Below are positions 50,149-62,690 of a stretch of 64,000 nt of DNA, in pieces; positions within the stretch are counted from its first letter, which is position 1, and the number at the start of each line of letters is the position of its first letter. The stretch is from Negaprion brevirostris (taxonomy: Eukaryota). The stretch spans positions 63,355,320 through 63,419,319 of the forward strand of contig JARDVH010000042.1 in NCBI GenBank assembly GCA_030324005.1, given 5' to 3'. Below the pieces are notes generated by a model, which worked only from the letters and a program-made list of their open reading frames with translations, made no database searches and had not been told where the DNA came from. Position numbers and translations under genes: made by a program.

Positions 50149-50581
50149 ATAACGATGACTCAGATGAGGAACCACAAAACTCAAAGAAAGCAGTACAGAG
50201 GAAGAGGAATGGAAAGAGAATGACTGAACAAGAATCAGAGGAACAATCAGATGAATCGGAAGAGGAGAAACAAGAGAAAAGTAGGAAGAAAAATGTGAAA
50301 AATAGGGCCAAATCAACCAATAGGAACAACACAGATGAAGCAGAGGAAGAAACTAACAACAGGAAGAACAGGAGAAATGTGAAATCTCAGAAGAAAGATT
50401 CTGATGATGATGAGAATGATGATGACCCAGTGGACAAAAAAAACAAAGGAAAAAGGGGCAAAAAGGAAGTGGACAGTGAGAGTGAAGAGGATGATAACAA
50501 GAAAAGGGGCAAGAAAAAGGATAAGAGAGATAAAAAGGATGGCAATAAAGACAAAGGCAATAAAAAGAAAGATAGTTCAAG
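50149..50581 (+). CDS. TMC1: TMC1 coding exon 3, 433 nt, low-complexity charged N-terminal segment
   Basis: Contains supplied ORF 50220-50591 (D/E- and K/R-rich). Acceptor ...gtaattag|, donor AG|GTATGC. Phases 1 and 2 join exons 2 and 4 in frame. Confidence 0.88.
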
Positions 50582-53500
50582 GTATGCCTAATTTTCCTTA
50601 AATTTGGAACTGACTGAATGCAAAATTGAGAATGACTTAATAAGTGAAGAATTTGTATATTCATGTTTGCATAACTGATTTGTAATATTTGCAAAAAACT
50701 GACATTTTGTTGTTTTACAGGTGTTTGAAGTTCAGACTGCAGATATGCTTTTTAATTAACCCCTATTTCAGATTTAAAATTGAGACCAGTTTGGTTGTTT
50801 TACTGAATTTCCTCCATGACCTAATTTTTAGTTACAGGCAGGAGTTGGCAAAGATCAAAGAATGATTTACTTGACAGTTTGCCATTTTTCATTTAATGAT
50901 GAATACATTATAGAAAGCAAACATAGTGCACGTGGAAACAACAGAAATATAAATGAATCAATTGTTGTACAACTTTAATTAAAGTATACTCCTAACCCTG
51001 ATAAATACAGTCTTTGCAAGCCTCATTTTATTGAATGGTAATGCTAAAACATTTTGTACTCTTTGTTACTTTTGTTTTATTAGTGAATATTATGGTGTAG
51101 TTGTGCTGTTGATCAGGTGCACTGGTAATTTTAATGCTTTTAGCAAATAGACTAATACTTAAATCTCAAAAGCAGATGGATGAAGATATTGCTTCAAGAG
51201 ATTTTCATTACTTTGCATTAACAAATTAGGCATTGCTTTCAGTATTACATTGTAAACAAATGCCCATTTGAGAACAAACTTAATGCACATAATTCTTCAC
51301 TTCATGGCATGGTCCTAATTGCTGTTGGAAATAGGCAATCTAATGTTTTATCCTTTATTTGGAAACAATCTCAACTTTTGATTGGTTATGGAGTATCAAA
51401 CTAGTATCAAAAGGTGGCCTCACTCAATTTTCATTGACTGAATTTAAAAATGAAGACATTACAATTTACTTAGTTATAATAAAGATATATGCCAGAATTC
51501 TATCACCCTGCCCACTGGGGTGGGTGAGGGGTGCACAATGGAAATGTCCATTGACCTCAGACACGATTTTTCGGTCTCGGGTTGAGTGAGGCTGTAAATG
51601 ATTTTATTAATTCTGATTCAAAAAGAGTTCCAATTGATTTGAAGGAATCTGAATTAGGCCAGGTTCACATACTTTTGCCCAATTCATTAAAATAAGTTGT
51701 AATCTTTGCATATGGAGAAACTGTTTGCAGTTTTGTCAGCGCATGCGGTGCAATTTCCAAATTTCCTGATTCCAGCCCTAAGTGTGACAACTGTTGGCAG
51801 CAGGCTGAGTAACCTCACAGGTAAGCAACTTTTCTCTTGAAGTTTTGAACATTTAAAACCTAATTGTTTCACCCTTGAGATGTGAGTCAAAATGCTGTGG
51901 TTCACGGATGGCAAGAGTAATATTCAGGTGAAATGAATGTCATGCCTGCCAGTTCAAAAAAGTATAGCAATTTCCAAGGTTAGCCTACATTCAGCTCTAA
52001 TTCATCATGGCAGATTCTGGTCTGTAGTAAGCTTGCCTGTGCATGTTTATGTTTTTATATTCTTTGTCCGGCAACTTGCTGCGAGCCTGAACTCATAAGG
52101 GGCCAGCAAAGATAACCAGGCTTGATTATTAATTCAGGGCTAGAAACTAGACACCCAGATAACTTTCAGGTTTGAATCCTGGGCTGCATCTGTGTCACTC
52201 ATATGACACAATTGTGAAATGTAAATGCCCAATTAATGCCAAGCATTAGCAGAAGCTGCCTGCCAAGAATGAGGGGCAAAGGCAGGCAGCAGCCACGAAG
52301 CTGACTGACAGTGCCTTGCAGAAGCCAGCATGCAGTAAGTCAGCTGTAGGGTCTGCAGTGGGCTGCAAACTGAAATTATTTAGATGAGGAGGTAGCATGA
52401 TGTTTGGTTGCTGTCAAGCTCAATGGGAATGGCCACTGGGTGATCATACATTTCCAGCACCATGATGAAAAAGGTCCTTGATAAATTTCCCTCCCTTAAG
52501 TTTCTATCCTTCCAACTTTCTAAATCTGCATTTAAATATATTTGCTCAGAATCCTTATATTTGACACAAAGAGTATTATTTTCACCCTGTCCGTCTGATG
52601 TTAAAACTGACCTTCCAGGGGTGGAAAGGCAGAGTTCTAACAACTAAACAATTCAGTCCATCATACATTGATTTTGATAAGAGGGAATATGCTCAGGACA
52701 GAATTGTTAGAACCCGACTTTCTACTGTTACAGTGATATAAATTTCTTCAAGCCTTTGGCCCTTCTACCTTTGATACTAGATATTATCAGGATAGAGATT
52801 ATAAGGCAGTTGTTAATTTTCAACCTTTCTTTCAACATTGAAGAACTTACTCCAACTCTAATCCTTCATAATTCTTCATTGTATGGTTCCAGCAAAGAAA
52901 ATAGCATTCCTGTGTTGAAGTGAAGTATATAATTTTATATCTAAGTAAAATGAGGGACACCATTTGAGGGGAAAATCACAGACTGGCTATGTTGGAATGC
53001 AGCATTCCCTTTCAAATAATTGACTCATGGATGAGTAACTAGGAATAATTAGCAGTCAATTGCTGAAGAGAAAAAAAAATCAGTACAGTAAATATGATTC
53101 ATAACTTATGATACCCTATACTATGCATCCATAAGATTTCTTTTCCATAACCATCATTTCATTACTTTTCATTTTTATTTAACTTATATACATACCAGCA
53201 CTAAAGTCAGTTTGATAGGTGGTTGAAGGAAAGAGAGATAATGTGATGAGGGAATAGGGTTGACATGAGATTAGGTCCATGTGGTCCATGTGGACATGTG
53301 GTCAGGATGGATAGACAAAATCTAGAGTGTACACTGATTGTGAGCTTGGAGGTGAGCAGGGCGTTTCCTTCCTCTGTTTGAATTAAGTACTTGCAGGAAC
53401 GTCCATGGTCCACCTTTCAGTCCCATTGCCAATTGAAATCCCTAAGTGGTTAATTGTTGGGTTTAAAAATAAATTAAGTTTGTGAGAGCAAGAAAGACTA

Positions 53501-53632
53501 ATTAGAGTTAAATGGAACCCTATTTCTGATTCTTGCTGTGTGGTTGTTAACTCCTTACGAAACTCACATTTGGCGATTGTTTTCTTTGTAAGGGAAAGCT
53601 ACATAGGTAAATAGTTTTCTTTTGGTTTCTAG

Positions 53633-53776
53633 TTCAGAAGATGAATCTGAAGAAGAAGAAATCATTACGGAAGAGGATATGGCCAAACTGAAGGATGAAG
53701 TGGAAGAAAAAAAGAAACTAATTGCAACTTTACGAAATAAAGCCTCGTCCATGAAACAGAAATTACAATTACTGAA
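53633..53776 (+). CDS. TMC1: TMC1 coding exon 4 (SEDESEEEEIITEEDMAKLKDEVEEKKKLIATLRNKASSMKQKLQLLK), 144 nt
   Basis: Acceptor ttttggtttctag| and donor AA|GTAGGT. Matches the TMC1/2 segment 'VEEKKKLIAT...M..KL..L(K/R)'. Confidence 0.93.
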
Positions 53777-54599
53777 GTAGGTGCATCTGCTTTAGAAGTC
53801 ATAATGATTTCTGGCAACTTCTAAAATTGTGACCAGGATATTTTTTTAAAACAAATAGCTAACACTATAAAAATGCAATGGGATTGATTTCAACCCAGTC
53901 TGGATTTCAAGAAATGGAGCATAATGATGCAAAGGACACTCACTGTGGGCAGAATTTCCTACCCTTAAGCTATAAACATAAGCTGGGAGCTTCCTGGTCC
54001 CAACACTACTTTGCCTGTAAGGGTGCCAGTCTGGGAAATCCTCTTGGTGGTAGTCCATTTACAGGCCTCATTCAGGTCCACTATTCAAGTAAGGGTGATG
54101 TTTGAACCCTTGAGGCTGCAGGCCGTATCAGAGAGCATGCGTCTTTGGAAGGATAGCAGTCCTATCATCGGAAGTGGGCATGCCTCTGCAGAAGGGGACT
54201 GCAAGGACACTCTACCTTGGTCAATGGTGGCCAAAGTTGTCAGGTCATTTCTCTGGAGGAGAAACTCTTCCATAGGATGTCTGGTGCCAGTTGTTGTCTA
54301 TTGATTGCTGGGGGGTTACACAAGTACCTGCCAGGTTTAATACTGAGGTGGGGGGAGGGGGGTTCTGCAGGTGGGTGGGGGGGGGGTGTGGTGTGGTGGT
54401 GGTGGATAGCTAGGTAGCTGTGGGTGAGCTGGTAGTGGAGAAGTGGGCTGCACCTACAACCGGATAGGTCATTCCCAATTACCCCACAAATAGACTCTCC
54501 TTTATTACAGATTGGTGATCCGCTACCACTCAATGGCTTCAGTAGGTGCAGAGTTGCCTCTGGGAACATCACCTGGAGGTCTGAGTGCATTGGGCTATA

Positions 54600-55270
54600 G
54601 CCAGATGCATTTTTTTCATAAATTCCACCAGTCTCATTTTGTAACCTGACCCTGTTGATGGGGAAGATTCCATCTTGTAGTTTCCATCTTGGGGTATTTT
54701 AAACAGATATCAATGAAATGGAACTGGTCCTCTTTACATGCATTTCGAGTTGGAAGAGAATGCAGAGCAATTTTATGGCAGGTGGCGATCAGGCATTCCT
54801 TGGTCTTCCAGTCATTGCTTTCATCCTTCCATCTATGGAAGATGGTGGATATAAAGCAATCTATTTCAGACAATGTGTCTCCTATGGTGCACCTTTGCTG
54901 ATGGCTGAAGAGGCCAATCCCTCAGAGGCAGATTCTGCCACAAGTACCACACATGAAACTGCCAGGTGTCATTGTGATCTTTTTGCATTGCTGTCTCTTG
55001 CCAATCCACTGTAGCCAATTGTCATCTTGGTGATGCATATCAACCCACAGTAGGTGCCACCATTTTCCTCTGTCTCAGCTGGTGACTCCCAGGAATGATA
55101 ATCAATGTTTATGGCCTTCATGTCACACTGGCAAGAATCCTTGAAGTGGAGCTTTGGGGATCCTATTGGCTGTGGCTACTTCACTGTACCGAAATTCCTT
55201 GGGTATGCAATTATCTTCCACCCCTATGGTTGTGACTCAGTCAACAAAACCACATCTGTTTAACGATCGC
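54600..55270 (-). mobile_element. RTE-clade LINE 3' fragment
   Basis: Minus strand encodes MKAINIDYHSWES... and the RTE C-terminal motif IGLFSHQQRC (gattggcctcttcagccatcagcaaaggtgc). Confidence 0.7.
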
Positions 55271-58193
55271 TGACAAGTTTGGGAGCCCTACTGCATACAT
55301 TAATACACAGGACCCTGTCCTTTGCAGACAGAAAGAACATGTGCACGTGCTGCACCTGTTTCAGCTAAACAAAGTAAGTGCTAGCCATTCGCTGGTTCAT
55401 TCCTCAAGGAAATGCCTTGATCAACTAGAGTCAAGCTGCTTGATTTAAATTTTAAACAATGCTTGGCAGTTAACTCCCAGTCACCATGCATGCATGTCAA
55501 TTAAATATGAACTCTTAATGTTAAACTCACTCCAAGCTGGTTTAATAATTGAATATAGCATTACAGTATTTTGCTGATGGTAACATATTCTAGCTGTATT
55601 CAGTGAATTGGATGGGATATGTGATTGCTTGTTTCATTATGTGCGCTGTATAAGTAAACATAAGGATTGATCTTTACAGCTATCAGTAAAAGTACACCAT
55701 ATGAAGCCACTCCACTTGCACAAGTAAACACAGAATCAGTCTTTAAAAGTGACTTACTAACCTGAAAGTCAATACTTTAGATTTCTACATTATGCTTTTC
55801 TACTTCCTCTCCAGAATTTGTTAGTTCATGGTGGGGTAGATCGGCTGACCACTGTATCCATGGTGTTCATTTGAAAGACTAGATACTGATTGCTGCAAGC
55901 TATTGACTCAGGCAAAGATCAAAGTTGAGCCTGTTTCTATCCCAATCCATTATAAACTTTCTATCAGAAGTTCCCTGTTGGATATCAGGAGAATCTTAGC
56001 CGTCTGCCCCATTTTCAATATCAGTACAGAACAGGGGTCGAACAAAGGATCAGTCTCAGTCTCACACCAGAAACTGCATGCATAAACTAAGTCAGTCTGC
56101 ATTATAAAAAGTGGGACATAATACTGTGCCAAACCTGATTTGGATTTTTAATAATGATATGATAACATTAATGAAAATGACAGTCATTTTTTGATGAGTC
56201 AAATTTAGGGCCCAGATTTTCACTTCTGAGTTGTGTGCTCAGAATTGGGAGAATTCCCAGATCCAGAAATCTGACCTTTAAAAGCAATTGCCCAGATGTC
56301 GGATTTTTCGTCCGTGGGAGGAGGCTAGAATAGGAGTCTGGCAGACAGCCCTAGGGGAAATGAGGAAGTTGTTGAGTGCGGAGGCAGGTGAGGCAGAAGG
56401 CCTACCTTGGGGTTTCAACACTGTGGTTAAAAATAAAAAGTAAAGATTATACATAAAACATCACTCCAACCTAACACCGCTCACTCTCAACACTCTTCCT
56501 AGGCCTCACCATGCCAATCCATGCCACCTCAAACTCATCTAGTATTCACCATGGGCAGACCTCAACACCCATGCAGAAATTAGCTGGAGTTCTATGAACA
56601 AAAATAATCAGCATCTATTGCAGACTTTACTAAATTTAAATAAACCTGAATTTTTTTTTTACTATATTTCCATTCATTCAGCTAAATTAAATCCTAAAAT
56701 AGCAACACTGTCATTCAAGTGCACAATCCCTATTAAAAACAAGGATTGGAATTCGTAGTCCCACATCAAATAATCTATAACCATTTGTAGCTGCCCCTTA
56801 AACAGTGACATGGAATGCATTCTGCTGTGATAAAGGAGGTTGTGAAATCAGTCATACAGCAATAATCCAATAACCCCCAGCATTACATGTACAGACAGGG
56901 TCAAATAGGAAGGAATAATTTTTAACTTTTCAGGCATTTTTCAGGGAAGTAAATGGCCAAACTTTTAAATAGCTTCACTGCTTGGCGATGTTCTCTGTCG
57001 TATTCTTCTGAGAGTTTTAATGGGTAACTTTAACTTGTCTTTCAACAGTTCTAATGACTTGACAGTATTGAGTTTATGCACCTCATATGCACATTAATGC
57101 TTCCTTTTAACAATTCCCAAGGCAGCATATTATCCCAAAAGGCACCTGACCATACCCAAAGATGTCCTAGAGCTAATTCCAAAGGGATACCCTATATTTC
57201 CAAAGAGTTATCTTGCCAACCAAATGAATCTACCAACTTCAGACCTGCTCTTACCTTATTTAATTCACAAATTAGGTATTTCACACTCCTGGCCTACCAA
57301 AGACCTATTTCAGTGGAGAGAGCTAATAACTTCAATGATGAAATACTGTGTTCAGATGTGGGACTTCCAATTTTTGGGCATGTCGTTACTTTAACCATGA
57401 TAGAAAACGTCTCTGGTCGTGAAAATCTGGGCCTCTGTATCTTGGAAACAAATATGTCAAGGTGTCAAAATGCCCTCAGCTGCAAAAAATGGAAGTGTGG
57501 ATATTGGGTGAGAATCTCTAGGAAAAAGTAACTGACAACACTCATCACTGAATTCTCCTCTTTGTGAATACTGTGATAAGATAGCTCTTCTGTTCCCCAT
57601 CCTTTTCTTGAGTTGAGGTTATTTATTTATGTCAAACAAGTACCCAGCAAAATTCCAATCTCAAAGAGGATGGCCACCTAATGCAGAATCTTAATGGTGT
57701 TCCAGTGGGAATGTTGTGCAGCGCCAGATATACTGAGTGGCTATTCAGAGGGACAAAGAGGCCCTGAAGTAAACTGAACCATTATTGTTTCAGCCAAGAC
57801 ATGTTTTCAAAAGATAAGGCTTAAGGCTGAAACAGGGGAATAGGAATCTCCTATACTGTGAATAGCGCAAGAAGAGATTTTCCAGCAAGTGTGTGTGTTG
57901 CCTTACTTTGTTCACTTTGTAATGAAGCTGAATTGTCAATTGCTAATAGCTTGCTAAGGCCGTCACATTCAATATGGATGGGGTGAACATTTAGGATTTG
58001 CTTATGTTTATCTTCATGCCCTATATTAGGTAGAATGTGACACAATACTTTGTTTGGTCTGAAGTAAACTTTGACAGTGATATTGTTGCTAATCATGGAC
58101 AAGGAAGACATGTTGATTTTGATATAATTAGTTGCTACATCTTTAATATGGTGTAGCTTTTATCTCATCAAATCATTTCTGCCCAATTTTCAG

Positions 58194-58284
58194 GGAAGCA
58201 CAGGAATTTGTGGAGAAATTTGAAGGTGCGCTTGGGAAAGGAAAAGGCAAAAGGTTTTATGCCTATAAAGTAATGATGACAAAA
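58194..58284 (+). CDS. TMC1: TMC1 coding exon 5 ([30 protein letters not shown]), 91 nt
   Basis: Diagnostic [10 protein letters not shown] motif of TMC1/TMC2. Acceptor ttttcag| and donor AAA|GTAAGT. Size equals the recalled 91-nt human exon (c.363-453). Confidence 0.96.
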
Positions 58285-60751
58285 GTAAGTACTGGGGTAG
58301 GATTACATTTGTGTCTTTTGATTGATTAATGTCTTGTCTTGCTGTTAGTTTTTATTGAAAGCTTTCTTGCAATATTTCTACCTGAAGTCATTGTACTTTT
58401 GCTGACTTGTTAGTTATGTTTTCTTATCCTAATGAGTCTATGTAGTACGTCTTTGTATATCTTTGATTTGAGGTTGTGCATAATCCACCTTGTTCTATAT
58501 GCACTGATGCCCACTCATCCACTCCACACCTTCCACTTCACCCTTAAGCAAATGTAATTTTTAAAAATCGCAGGTTTATATGTGTCATTGGTGAGACCAG
58601 CATTTATTGGCCATCCCTAGTTGCTCTTGAGGAACCCAGTTTCTTATTGAATAGATTTTAGGAGAGTGTAATCATAAAGTGAATTATTACTATTGTACTT
58701 ACAACTGACCTTCCTGATATACATTCAAGAGTGTGGTTAATTTGATTTGGTGGCATAGAGTTAAAATTGAAAATTCAAGAACTTATATTTAAAGCTTCAG
58801 TCTGAATCCAAAATAGGAATTAACTGAAAGTTTGCATCTAACAATGGTGGGTAAATAGATCTTTGTTTTCTCTATGCAATATAACCTTGAGATCAACTGT
58901 TCTGCTAAAGAAGCACCAAGCTAAGATTTAGTGCTATTCCCAGGGGGAGAAAGGGAAACTCAAACAAACTTCTATGCTGCCTTTAGCATAGTAAATTATC
59001 CCAAGGTGCTTCATAGGAGCCTTCTCAAACTCAAGTTGTTCATCACCATACAGGATAAAGCATCCATTCGCCACTTTAAACATTTACTCCTTCCACCACC
59101 TTGCACAGTGGCCAGTGTGAACCAACTACAAGGTGTGCTGCAGCAACTCGCTAAGACTCCATTGGCAGCACCTTCCAAATCCCACCTTCGATCTCCTAGA
59201 AGGGCAAAGTCAGCAGCTAAGTTTTCCTCCAAGTCTCCCACCATCCTGAATTGGAAATACATAGAAATTCCTTCATCATTGCTGGATCAAAATTCTGGAA
59301 CTCCCTGGCCACAATCTTAACATTTTGCCCAGTTGGCCAATGGGTAGCGCAAGCCGGTCAGATCACGAGAGAGCCGAGAAGTTGCAGATACATAGTGAGA
59401 TCAACCAAAAAGGGTGCAAGGCTGATTGTAATATTATGTTAATGGAATCACCTGGGCTCATTTGCCATTGCGGCCTCACTGGTGAAGATCCTCACCAGCG
59501 AAGATCATAAATGGTCCCTATCAACGAGGATCTGTGGGTGATGGCCTCACTGATAGGACTGGAGACTGGGGGCTTAGGGGGACGTGCCCTTGGGCAGTGA
59601 TAGCTTGGCACTCCCAGCCTGGCACACTGCAATGCCCACTGGGAACCAGGAACATAGAACATAGAACACTACAGCATTAACAGGCCCTTCGGCCCACAAG
59701 TTGCGCCGATCATATCCATACCTACCAGGCCTATCTATAACTCTCAATCCCATTANNNNNNNNNNNNNNNNNNNNNNNNNNNNNNNNNNNNNNNNNNNNN
59801 NNNNNNNNNNNNNNNNNNNNNNNNNNNNNNNNNNNNNNNNNNNNNNNNNNNNNNNNNNNNNNNNNNNNNNNNNNNNNNNNNNNNNNNNNNNNNNNNNNNN
59901 NNNNNNNNNNNNNNNNNNNNNNNNNNNNNNNNNCCCAGTGTTGGGGGTGAATGGTTTGTTTGTGGGGAGGGTGGCGATTGTCTGCAGAGACCAGCAGTGG
60001 CTGGGAGAGGCAGTGAATGAAAGATCTCTGTGTTCATGGAACACAGAGATCTGAGCATGTGCAATAGTGACATTTGTTGCTATCTTCAGCTTTCGACAAG
60101 CTTAGGCCCCATCCTCTCCCACTGCTGGCGAAAAATAGATTTGGCTTCATTTTGTTTGACAGAGTGAGGTAAGATTCCATTTTTAACTCATCTCAAAAAA
60201 ACAGTGAGATTGTCTCCCATTTTCACGCTTGTTTAGCACTTAAAATTGTTTTAGTAAGATTGAACCACCTATCTATAGCAAAGATGGCTCATTACCAGCA
60301 CCTCAATGACAATTTGGGGTGGGAGATAAATACTGGCCTTGTCAGTGATACCTGCATCCTGTAAGTAAATAAACAAAAGGCTTCAGACAGTGGCCAGGGG
60401 GAACCAATTATTTTATTGCCAACATCTAATTCAAGAACTGCACCAATACAAAAACAAAATAACTTGGATGCTGGAAATGTGACATAAAAAGAGAAAATGC
60501 AAATTTTGATGAAATGTCTGAAATGCAAATTATCCTTCTCTCTAAAGATGCAACAAGATCCGCTGAATATTTCCAGAATTTTCTGTTTAGATTCAAGAAT
60601 GGAACTGGTCTGGCTGTCTGCCTGCTGTCATGTTTCTTGAATGGACAATTAAAAGAAGGGTATTTTTTTAAAAGGAAATAAGTTGCCAGAAAATTACAAC
60701 TCTCATTTTTAGTGAGAAAGTGGCTCCATATCTTATGTTTTTTTCTTTCAG

Positions 60752-60833
60752 AAATGGATGAAATTTCAGCGTGATTTTGAGAACTTCAAAACTGCTTGTA
60801 TTCCATGGGAATTGAAAATAAAAGAGATTGAAA
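60752..60833 (+). CDS. TMC1: TMC1 coding exon 6 ([27 protein letters not shown]), 82 nt; gene continues beyond the window
   Basis: Matches TMC1/2 KWxKFxRDFENFKxACxPWExKIKxIES. Strong acceptor ttttttctttcag|, donor A|GTAGGT. Size equals the recalled 82-nt human exon (c.454-535). Confidence 0.96.
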
Positions 60834-62152
60834 GTAGGTGGAACTAACAGTGCTATAAAATCTCTTACAAAATGGTTTTGCTTGGTGCTCAGAGAATGAA
60901 GTTAATCTAGCTTGGTAAATAGTATTTATAAAATTGCTGAACATTGTTATGTTAATGATTTTAGCATAAATTTAGATGTACGGCATCTTAATTGTTTTCC
61001 TTTCACTTCTTTTTTTTCTTTTTGAAATAGTCATAGAGCAATGGAGTCAGTTATGGCATATAAAAAGGCCATTTGTCCTATTAGGTCCACGCTGGCTCAC
61101 CAGAGAATAATCCAGTCAGTTTCATTCCCTGGCTTGATCCCCATAGCCCTGGAGGTTTATTTCCTTACAGTGACCATCCAATGTTCTTTGAAATCATTGA
61201 ATGTCTCTGCTTCCAGCACCATCATGGGCAGCAAGTTTCTGGACCTTACCATTCAGAATTATAGAACGGTTACAGCACAAAAGGAGGCTATTCAGTCAAT
61301 CGTGTCTGTGCTGGCTCACCAAAAGAGCAACTCTTGTGCCCCTCCACCACCTTATCACTAAAACCATGCACATTTTCCAAATTCAGATAATAACCTAATT
61401 CATTACTGAATGCCTTGACTGAACCGGCCTCCACCACATTCTCAGGCAGTGCATTCCAGATCCTAATCACTTACTGCATAAAAAATGTTACCAATGTTAC
61501 CAATTACCTTGAAACCCTCTTGTTCTCAATCCTTTCATCAATGGTAACAAGTTCTCCTTGCCTGACTATCCACTCTGTCCATGCCTCTCATAATCTTGTA
61601 GACTTCTATCAGTCTCCCCTCAACCTCCGTTGCTTCAGTGAGAACAAACCAAGTTTCTCCAATCTCTCCTCATCGCCAATGCCCTCCACACTAGGCAGCA
61701 TCCTGGTAAATCTTTTCTGTACCCTCCCCTAAGCCTCCACATCCTTGATGAGCTGACATCAGAAGCCAGATTCAGGGGGGCTTCTGTCAATATGTTTTCC
61801 CCTCTCGCTCTTGACAATGCCTGTCACTGGCGGTGCTGGAAGATCTTGCTGACAGTTTCAGAATAAATAATCTCCCTTTTAAGACAGAGATGAGGAGGAA
61901 TTTCTTCTCCCAGAAGGTCGTTAATCTTTGCAGCTCTCTCTCCGCCAGAGAGCTGTGGAGACTGGCTCAATGAATATATTCATGGCCAAGATAAATCTTT
62001 CCAACTGTAAGGGAGTCAAGGGTCACAGGCAGCAGGCAGGAAAGTGAAGTCTGGGCCTAAATCAGATCAGCTACGATCCTGTTGGGTAGTAGATGGGTCA
62101 AATAGCCTACTCACATTCTTATTTCTGATATTATGTATCCGCATTGACTTTT

Positions 62153-62467
62153 CATAGAATCATAGAGTCCCTACAGTGCAGAAGGAGGCCATTCAGCCCA
62201 TCGAGTCTGCACCGACCACAATGCCACCCAGGCCCTATGCCCGTAACACTGCATATTTACCCTGCTAATCCCCCTGACACATCTAACATGGCCAATCAAC
62301 CTAACCCACATAGCTTTGGACTGTGCGAGGAAACTGGAGCATCCGGAGGAAACCCATGCAGACACAGGAAGAATGTGCAACTCAACACAGACACTGACCC
62401 AAGCTGGAAATCAAACCCAGGTCCCTGCACTGTGAGGTAGCAGTGCTAACCATGACCACCGTGCCAC
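62153..62467 (-). mobile_element. HE1-like SINE; further partial copies at 62855-62963(-), 62998-63034(-), 2693-2755(+) and 39640-39678(-)
   Basis: catagaatcatagagtccctacagtgcagaaggaggccattc tail plus V-domain and head. Confidence 0.9.
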
Positions 62468-62504
62468 TTGTTAAATATGGCATTCTTATATAATTCAGGT
62501 CATT

Positions 62505-62690
62505 TTAGCTTAGTTAGCTTGAAAGCTAGTTAGTGATGCAGAGTGACACCAAAAGCACAGGTTTAATTTCCGTACTGGCTGTGGTTACTCATGAAGGTCC
62601 TCCCTTCTCAACCTCAACCCTCGCCTGAGGTGTGGTGGTCCTCAGGTTAAGTCACAGCCTATGGTCTTCTGGAACTATGGTGACTTGAAC
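62505..62690 (+). mobile_element. Different tRNA-derived SINE (unclassified)
   Basis: A-box-like tagcttagttag and B-box-like ggtttaatttcc, followed by a hairpin core cctgaggtgtggtggtcctcagg. Confidence 0.45.

Noticed and set aside
50220-50591. Stand-alone 123-aa charged protein
   Set aside because: Splice sites and phases place it inside TMC1 exon 3; it is not a separate gene.
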